From positions 17,793 to 81,792 of the forward strand of contig JASLYJ010000002.1 in the NCBI GenBank assembly GCA_030739855.1: a DNA stretch of 64,000 nt. The letters run 5' to 3'. Position numbers and translations under genes: made by a program. This DNA comes from Alphaproteobacteria bacterium (lineage in GTDB: Bacteria > Pseudomonadota > Alphaproteobacteria > UBA11136). Of the stretch, positions 57,666-64,000 are shown piece after piece. Below the pieces are notes generated by a model. That model did no database searches. It was not told where the DNA came from and was given only the letters and a program-made list of their open reading frames with translations. Within the stretch, counting starts at the first letter, position 1; each line of letters opens with the position of its first letter.

Positions 57666-58760
57666 ATGCGCCTTTCAATGACACTTTCAAAGTATATTGG
57701 CCGCCAGTTCCTGTTTTGGTGCGGTGGGATTTTTCTATCCCTGACCGCCATTATTTTCATGATTGATCTGGTAGAATTGATGCGCCGTGCCTCGACAAAG
57801 CAACAAGTCACCCTGGATATAATTGCCCAGATGGCGCTACTAAAAATTCCTCTTATGGTTCAGGAAATTGTCCCTTTTGCCATTCTTTTTGGCAGCATGC
57901 TGGTTTTCTCACGCTTAACCCGAGCCCATGAACTGGTGGTGGCCCGGGCGGCAGGTGTCTCCGTGTGGCAATTCCTCCTACCAACTCTGGTAATTGCTTT
58001 CCTCCTAGGCTGTTTCAGCATCACCATTTTTAATCCTTTTGCTTCGATCACTACCACGCGTTTCGAGCAGCTTGAAAGCCGCTACCTGCGTGGCAAATCT
58101 AGCCTTCTCGCCATGTCGCACACCGGATTGTGGCTGCGTCAATCGGATCAAAACATACAATCCATTATTCATGCCCAGAGGTTACTCCCCAACAGTTTCC
58201 AGCTTCAGGATGTAATAATTTTTTTATTTGAGAATGAAGACAAGTTTACTGGTCGTATTGATGCCAAAACGGCAACACTGGAGGACGGGTATTGGCAACT
58301 CACCCATGCATGGATTACGGCGCCGGACACGCCTTCCGATTTCAAGAATGACTATCGTGTCAACACCGAGCTCACTTTCGAGAAGATTCAGGAAAGTTTT
58401 GCTCCACCGGAAACCATGTCTTTCTGGAGCCTTCCTGATTTCATAGAAGTCATGGAGGACGCTGGCTTTTCTGCCCTCAGACATCGTCTTCATTGGCATA
58501 CAATGCTAGCTCTTCCTTTCCTCCTATGCGCTATGGTCTTGATTGCCGCCACTTTTTCCCTGCGCTTGGTACGTCACGGTGGTACGGCACTAATTGTGGC
58601 CGGAGGAATTTTAATAGGGTTCCTTTTTTATTTTTTCTCTGATGTCGTGCATGCTCTTGGTCTTTCGGCAAGTCTTCCAGTTACGCTTGCCGCCTGGTCC
58701 CCGGTAAGCATAATTGTTCTTTTAGGTCTTACCATGCTCATGCATCTCGAGGACGGCTAG
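57666..58760 (+). CDS. lptG: LPS export ABC transporter permease LptG
   Basis: 364 aa YjgP/YjgQ-type permease (L-S-K-Y-I-G-R-Q-F-L), second of the pair. An alternative start lies at 57678. Confidence 0.85.
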   Translation: MRLSMTLSKYIGRQFLFWCGGIFLSLTAIIFMIDLVELMRRASTKQQVTLDIIAQMALLKIPLMVQEIVPFAILFGSMLVFSRLTRAHELVVARAAGVSVWQFLLPTLVIAFLLGCFSITIFNPFASITTTRFEQLESRYLRGKSSLLAMSHTGLWLRQSDQNIQSIIHAQRLLPNSFQLQDVIIFLFENEDKFTGRIDAKTATLEDGYWQLTHAWITAPDTPSDFKNDYRVNTELTFEKIQESFAPPETMSFWSLPDFIEVMEDAGFSALRHRLHWHTMLALPFLLCAMVLIAATFSLRLVRHGGTALIVAGGILIGFLFYFFSDVVHALGLSASLPVTLAAWSPVSIIVLLGLTMLMHLEDG

Positions 58761-60983
58761 ATGTTTTCGTTGCCCCGTCAAGTCCGAGTCTTCGGCAGCT
58801 GTTTATGGGCCATCCTAGTAGTTTCCACACTGGTCATTATGACCCCGTCTTCCGGAAATACGGAAGGCCTTACCTCCAGAGATACTCCTGCTCGTCTTAC
58901 CGCTGAACAGATCGAATACGATCAGAATCGTGGTCTCATTATTGCTTCCGGCAAAGTGGAGATCATGCAGGGAGACCGTATCCTTCTTGCCGACACTCTT
59001 ATCTATAACCAGTCCACAGAATCCGTCAGCGCAGAGGGGAACGTGATGTTACTTGAACCCTCTGGTGAGGTTTTATTTGCCAACTTTGTGAAACTAACGA
59101 ATGAGATGAAAGACGGCATCATTAAGCAGCTAAGGATACGTATGAAAGATAACAGCCTGATGGCCGCCAACAGTGGCCGCAGGCAAGGTCCCATAACGCA
59201 TATGAGCAAGGCCGTTTTTTCGCCCTGTAAACTTTGTGAGGAGAACCCAGAGAAGCCACCTCTCTGGCAAATAAAAGCTACCCAGGTGATCCACGACAAC
59301 GAAGCCCATGATATCGAATACAAGGATGCCTTTCTTGAGATGTTCGGAGTGCCGGTTTTATACACACCCTATTTTTCCCATCCTGATCCTGAGGTAAAGC
59401 GACGGAGCGGGTTCCTAGTGCCCTCTTTCGGTACTGGTAATCTCGGCTTTACCAGCAAGACACCCTACTATTTCGACATCAACCCACAAATGGATGCAAC
59501 CCTGACCCCCATATACACAGCCGATCAGAATCTGGTTATGGCTGGCGAATTCAGGGAACAGCTGAAAAATGGAAAATTTGAAATTGAGGGCAGCATCACC
59601 AGAGCAGACCGTGTTGACGATGAGGAAGTAATCGAGAAAGATGTAATACGTGGCCACATAAAAGCTAATGGTCGTTTTGATATTAATCGCACGTGGCGCT
59701 GGGGATTTGATGCCTATCGCGCCACCGACGATACCTATTTACGGCTTTACGAATTTGACGGGGAACAAATTCTCAAATCCCGTCTCTTCGGGGAGGGATT
59801 CCGAGGCCGTAATTATGCATCATTTGACAGCTATCTTTTTCAGGATCTTCGTTCCGACATCTTCTCAGGTTCCACAGCACAGATTCTTCCTATCCTCGAC
59901 TATAATTTCGTAGGACAGCCTTCGCGATGGGGGGATTATTGGACGCTTAATACAAATTTAATGAACCTTGTGAGGGAAGAAGGAATCGATAGCCGCAGAT
60001 TCTCTGTTGAAGGCGGATGGCACCGTAATTTTAGTCACATCCACGGCCATATTTTCAATCTTTCCGCCACCCTCAGAGGCGACATTTATAACGTCAATCA
60101 ACCTGACGGCTCTAATCTTGATAGCATCACAGGTCGAATCTTCCCACAGCTTTCCGTTAATTGGCGGTTTCCCCTCAAACGTAAGATGGGAACCACCCAT
60201 CAGTTGATTGAACCCATCGCCTCAGTCATCCTGAGCCCAAACGGCAGTAATCCTAACGACATTCCAAACGAAGACAGTCTTGGCTTCGCATTTGACGACT
60301 CCGACCTTTTTATCCCCAACCGTTTTATCGGACTCGATAGGGTGGAAGGTGGTAAGCGGGTTGATTACGGTGTGCTTCTAGGAACTTATGGATCAAGCGG
60401 TGGAAGTACCACGGCTCTCATTGGCCAAAGTTATCGCCTGCGCGATGACTCTACATTCTCGGCGCCGTCTGGCCTTGAAAACCATCTTTCTGACCTCGTT
60501 GGATATGTTTCTATAAAACCTAGTAATTACCTTGATCTGCTCTACCGGTTCCGCCTCGACAGGAAGAGCTACGCCCCTACCGTTAGCGATTTAGCCTTTA
60601 ACGCTGGGCCTGACATTTTTCGGGTTAATACGAATTACCTTTCCATTAATTCCGGAGCCAGTGGTATCGATAGTGAGACTTTCGAGGAACGTGAGGAAAT
60701 CTCGTTCGGCCTAAGTTCGCACTTCCATGAAAATTGGACGATTACAGCGAACGCCACGCGGAACCTACAATCAGATGGAGGCATGATATGGATGGGAAGC
60801 ACGCTGACATATGAAGACGAATGCTTCTCTATTCTCTCCAGTTATAGCCGCAGCTTTACCCGGGACCGAGACCTCGAGCCCACGGATACGATCTTTGCCC
60901 AGCTAGCTTTCAAGCATCTTGGCAGCTTTCAGACCCAGAAATCCTTCCAACAAGCCTCTCCTGATGAGACAGAACCTTACTAG
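58761..60983 (+). CDS. lptD: LPS-assembly outer-membrane protein LptD
   Basis: 740 aa with a signal peptide, an N-terminal OstA-like region (A-D-x-L-x-Y-D...G-N-V) and a large beta-barrel region. The ATG directly abuts the lptG stop (TAGATG). Confidence 0.85.
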   Translation: MFSLPRQVRVFGSCLWAILVVSTLVIMTPSSGNTEGLTSRDTPARLTAEQIEYDQNRGLIIASGKVEIMQGDRILLADTLIYNQSTESVSAEGNVMLLEPSGEVLFANFVKLTNEMKDGIIKQLRIRMKDNSLMAANSGRRQGPITHMSKAVFSPCKLCEENPEKPPLWQIKATQVIHDNEAHDIEYKDAFLEMFGVPVLYTPYFSHPDPEVKRRSGFLVPSFGTGNLGFTSKTPYYFDINPQMDATLTPIYTADQNLVMAGEFREQLKNGKFEIEGSITRADRVDDEEVIEKDVIRGHIKANGRFDINRTWRWGFDAYRATDDTYLRLYEFDGEQILKSRLFGEGFRGRNYASFDSYLFQDLRSDIFSGSTAQILPILDYNFVGQPSRWGDYWTLNTNLMNLVREEGIDSRRFSVEGGWHRNFSHIHGHIFNLSATLRGDIYNVNQPDGSNLDSITGRIFPQLSVNWRFPLKRKMGTTHQLIEPIASVILSPNGSNPNDIPNEDSLGFAFDDSDLFIPNRFIGLDRVEGGKRVDYGVLLGTYGSSGGSTTALIGQSYRLRDDSTFSAPSGLENHLSDLVGYVSIKPSNYLDLLYRFRLDRKSYAPTVSDLAFNAGPDIFRVNTNYLSINSGASGIDSETFEEREEISFGLSSHFHENWTITANATRNLQSDGGMIWMGSTLTYEDECFSILSSYSRSFTRDRDLEPTDTIFAQLAFKHLGSFQTQKSFQQASPDETEPY

Positions 60984-61005
60984 AGCTAGCCAACCAGGGG
61001 AATTA

Positions 61006-62286
61006 GTGACCACACCCTGGCTCCCAGGAATGCGGCGTTTTCTTATTCTCACTTCTCTGTACTTTTCCCTCCTCGTGTCGCCATACGCACACGGTCAGGA
61101 ACTGCAAAGCATCGCAGTTGTCGTCAATGATGATGTAATCTCAGAGTACGATTTATATGCTCGCTTAAAGCTGATCTTGATGTCTCTTAAGCTTGAAGAT
61201 TCGTCAGAAACTCGCAAGGGATTATTACCTCAGGTCAGGCGTTCCCTGATCGACGAAAGCCTCAAACTTCAGGAAGCCAAGAAAGAAAAAGTCTCTATCA
61301 GCAAGTCGCAAATCGATGATGCTATGCGATTCCTCGAAAAGAAAAATGGAATAGAGGAGGGGAAATTAGGTGAACATATGGAGCTTAACGGCGTAGATAT
61401 TGCCACCTTGGAATCACAGTTACGTGCTTCACTATCATGGAATAAGCTGGCGGATAAGCGTCTTTTACCCTTCGTCGATGTGGGTGAGGAGGAAATTCAA
61501 GAAGTCATTGAACGCATGGAACAAAACAAAGGAAAACCGGAATATCTAGTCGCGGAGATTTTTCTTCAAGTGGACACGCCAGATGAGGAGAAGAGAGTAA
61601 AGGCAACGGCCGAAAAGCTTATGGACTACATCGAAAAAGGGCGTGCCTTCCAACAGTTAGCACGGCAGTTTTCCCATTCCGCTTCTGCTGCCACCGGAGG
61701 TGATATCGGTTGGATCCTTCCCGGAGACTTGGTCGAGGAACTTGAAAAAGCCCTCGCATCCATGGTGAAGAATCAGGTAACCGGGCCTATCCGAAGCCCT
61801 GCGGGGTTCCATATTCTATTGTTGCGTGGCAAGAGGGTCAGTGGCTCCAAAGGAGACGCAAGCATCGAATTGCGTCAGATTTTTCAGTCACTACCGCCAG
61901 GGGTAACTGAAAATGAAATTGAGATCGTGACGAAGAGGATCGCCAAATTGAGTGAAGGTCTTTCCGGTTGTAAGGCCATGGCCGCACTTACCGACGATAG
62001 CGGGGCTGCCTTGTCCAATGATCTAGGAATGATGAAAATAAGTGATCTTCCTGACAACGTTCAAAAAGTGGTTAGGAAAATTAAAATCGGAAAACCCAGC
62101 GATCCGGTTATAGCCGGTGGCGGGGTTATGGTTTTTATGGCCTGTAGCCGCACCCAGCCACAATCCACCATCCCCGGACGCGACCAAATCTCCAGGCAAA
62201 TTGAATTCAAGCGTCTTGACCTTTTGTCACAGCGTTATCTTCGTGATCTCCGGCGTGCGGCCCATATCGATATCCGCATCAAATAA
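61006..62286 (+). CDS. surA: Periplasmic chaperone / peptidyl-prolyl isomerase SurA
   Basis: Signal peptide ...M-R-R-F-L-I-L-T-S-L-Y-F-S-L-L-V-S-P-Y-A-H-G, a SurA N-domain and a parvulin domain (G-G-D-I-G-W...G-F-H-I-L). The GTG at 61006 is preceded by AGGGGA; the alternative is the ATG at 61030. The ORF-track start at 60919 overlaps lptD. Confidence 0.85.
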   Translation: MTTPWLPGMRRFLILTSLYFSLLVSPYAHGQELQSIAVVVNDDVISEYDLYARLKLILMSLKLEDSSETRKGLLPQVRRSLIDESLKLQEAKKEKVSISKSQIDDAMRFLEKKNGIEEGKLGEHMELNGVDIATLESQLRASLSWNKLADKRLLPFVDVGEEEIQEVIERMEQNKGKPEYLVAEIFLQVDTPDEEKRVKATAEKLMDYIEKGRAFQQLARQFSHSASAATGGDIGWILPGDLVEELEKALASMVKNQVTGPIRSPAGFHILLLRGKRVSGSKGDASIELRQIFQSLPPGVTENEIEIVTKRIAKLSEGLSGCKAMAALTDDSGAALSNDLGMMKISDLPDNVQKVVRKIKIGKPSDPVIAGGGVMVFMACSRTQPQSTIPGRDQISRQIEFKRLDLLSQRYLRDLRRAAHIDIRIK

Positions 62287-62311
62287 CCCTGCACTTCCGG
62301 GATCCTTACCC

Positions 62312-63376
62312 ATGTCAGTTATAGAAGAATTTAACCAGTTCAACCTACCTCTGGCATTAACCATGGGCGACCCTGCGGGGATAAGTTGCGAAATCACCCT
62401 AAAGGCGTGGTGGAACCTTGCAAAAATGGCACGCAAAAAACCCATAAGGAAACCTCTAACCTTTTTTGTGATTGCCGACCCTCATCTTTTCCGAGCGCTT
62501 TCACGGAAGCTGAATATTGAGGCTCCTATCCAACTCGTCGAAACTCCAGAACAGGCTGCGTCCGTCTTTTCTAGCGCCTTGCCAGTCATGCCTTTGAACT
62601 TACCTGCAGCAGTCATCCCAGGAAGGCCCGACCCAGAAAACGCATCATCCGTCATAAATTCTATTGATCGCGCCCTTGATCTGGCGCTAGGGGGGCGCAC
62701 GGCAGGTATAGTTACAAACCCCATCCACAAGAAATGTCTTGCGGAAGCCGGTTTTACTTACTCCGGACATACCGAATATCTCGCAGAATGTGCAGGAATC
62801 GGTTCTCAGGTTGCCATGATGCTTGCGACTCCGCACCTCCGCGTCGTGCCAGTAACGGTTCACGTGGCCCTGGCAAAGGCAATTCATCTCCTGACGAAAG
62901 AGATGATAGTGACCGCCGCACATATTACCGCCACCTCCCTAGTTCAAGACTTCGGTATCCCGCATCCACGGATTGCCGTAGCAGGACTTAACCCCCATGC
63001 CGGTGAAAGTGGCGAAATAGGGCGGGAAGAAATCGAGATCATTACTCCCGCCATAGAAGAAATCCGTAACGCCGGCATCCTCGTGAATGGCCCCTCTCCT
63101 GCGGACACGCTGTTCCATGCCTCTGCCCGCACGAAATTCGATGCTGCCTTGTGCATGTATCACGACCAAGCACTGATACCTATTAAGACCGTGGACTTCG
63201 AAAATGGCGTTAACATTACCCTCGGCCTGCCTTTCGTGCGCACATCACCAAATCATGGCACAGCTCTTGATTTAGCTATGAGCGGCAAGGCCAGAGAACG
63301 CAGTCTTCTCGTCGCGTTAACGACCGCCTATGAAATAGCAAGACGCAGAAACATTGGACTTAAATCCGTTGCCTGA
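62312..63376 (+). CDS. pdxA: 4-hydroxythreonine-4-phosphate dehydrogenase
   Basis: 354 aa from the ATG at 62312. M-G-D-P-A-G-I, S-G-H-T-E-Y-L, G-L-N-P-H-A-G-E and H-G-T-A-L-D-L-A motifs. Confidence 0.9.
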   Translation: MSVIEEFNQFNLPLALTMGDPAGISCEITLKAWWNLAKMARKKPIRKPLTFFVIADPHLFRALSRKLNIEAPIQLVETPEQAASVFSSALPVMPLNLPAAVIPGRPDPENASSVINSIDRALDLALGGRTAGIVTNPIHKKCLAEAGFTYSGHTEYLAECAGIGSQVAMMLATPHLRVVPVTVHVALAKAIHLLTKEMIVTAAHITATSLVQDFGIPHPRIAVAGLNPHAGESGEIGREEIEIITPAIEEIRNAGILVNGPSPADTLFHASARTKFDAALCMYHDQALIPIKTVDFENGVNITLGLPFVRTSPNHGTALDLAMSGKARERSLLVALTTAYEIARRRNIGLKSVA

Positions 63377-64000
63377 ATCCCGACAAGCCGTAGACACCTC
63401 CACCCGCAATCTGCCCCCTCTTCGCGAAATCATCGCCAGATACGGCCTATCCGCTAACAAATCTTTGGGGCAGAACTTCCTCTTCGACCTCAACCTTACC
63501 TGTCGAATCGCCCGTTCCTCCGGTAATCTAATGGGGAAAACGGTCATCGAAGTTGGCCCCGGTCCCGGCGGTCTGACCCGAGCCTTGCTACAGGAGGGTG
63601 CCCACGTTATCGCCATCGAACGTGATGAACGGTGCCGAACCGCTTTAGAGGAACTTGCCGAGGCCTATCCGGGACAGATGATCACGGTTTTCGGTGATGC
63701 GCTGGAACAGGATCCGCTACAGTTCTGCCTTTCTGGAGAAACCCCTGAGATAATTGCCAACCTACCCTTCAACATTGCTACTCCGTTGATTTTCAAGTGG
63801 CTTGAAGATGCGAAACGATATGCCGGCATGACCCTCACTCTGCAGAAAGAAATGGCAGAACGTATCACGGCCACGCCACGGTCAAAAAATTATAGTCGCC
63901 TTTCTGTCATGACCCAGTGGCGCTGTGAAACCCGTGCCCTATTCAAGATTCCACCACGCGCATTTATCCCCCAACCCAAGGTGACATCTATGGTTATCAG
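63354..64000 (+). CDS. rsmA: 16S rRNA (adenine1518/1519-N6)-dimethyltransferase; 3' end outside the window
   Basis: Not in the ORF track because there is no stop within the window. The frame is open from 63339. Hand translation gives L-P-P-L-R-E-I-I-A-R-Y-G-L...S-L-G-Q-N-F-L-F-D, the SAM motif V-I-E-V-G-P-G-P-G-G-L-T and N-L-P-F-N-I-A-T. The start is uncertain (TTG at 63354 or 63369, or CTG at 63411) and may overlap the pdxA end. Confidence 0.85.
   Translation, partial: MDLNPLPESRQAVDTSTRNLPPLREIIARYGLSANKSLGQNFLFDLNLTCRIARSSGNLMGKTVIEVGPGPGGLTRALLQEGAHVIAIERDERCRTALEELAEAYPGQMITVFGDALEQDPLQFCLSGETPEIIANLPFNIATPLIFKWLEDAKRYAGMTLTLQKEMAERITATPRSKNYSRLSVMTQWRCETRALFKIPPRAFIPQPKVTSMVI

Noticed and set aside
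1-64000. Whole window screened for defence islands, CRISPR repeats, toxin-antitoxin pairs, transposases/IS ends, prophage genes, retrons and group II introns
   Set aside because: Nothing was found. Every ORF above about 150 aa that is not nested antisense has a plausible housekeeping or envelope assignment. The largest non-coding gaps are only about 200-310 nt.

Overview
The window reads as a densely packed, largely syntenic core-chromosome segment. It is most likely from an alphaproteobacterium. That is an inference from gene content and order: a single Rsh/SpoT next to rpoZ, HdaA, a DUF1849/EipB-like protein, gatCAB<>ruvX...pyrB-pyrC'-plsY-topA-rnr, and holC-pepA<>lptF-lptG-lptD-surA-pdxA-rsmA. 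I can support about 60 protein-coding genes, including two short ones absent from the ORF track (rpmG and a 45-aa membrane protein), one tRNA-Ser(GCU), two intrinsic terminators, one promoter candidate and one repeat-rich regulatory spacer. I see no rRNA, CRISPR array, transposase, integrase, phage gene or recognisable defence/toxin-antitoxin module. Many ORF-track N-termini are over-extended and were trimmed to starts that abut or overlap the upstream stop (ATGA/GTGA-type coupling). I did not find a convincing novel multi-gene system. The best leads are modest: (1) a dihydroorotase-like protein with a visibly degenerate metal site, translationally coupled to pyrB (PyrC'-type); (2) an A/T-rich envelope locus (SPOR lipoprotein plus EipB-like protein) behind a spacer carrying an 18-bp tandem repeat and a GANTC-bearing palindrome; (3) an operon of an unknown exported protein, pgsA, an AI-2E permease and hdaA, the last three joined by two ATGA overlaps; (4) bpt, a ybdD-like gene and cstA overlapping in an atypical order; (5) breaks in the expected synteny (a two-gene insertion between ruvX and pyrB, and no dprA between plsY and topA). 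All family assignments are motif recognition by eye and need HMM/BLAST confirmation.
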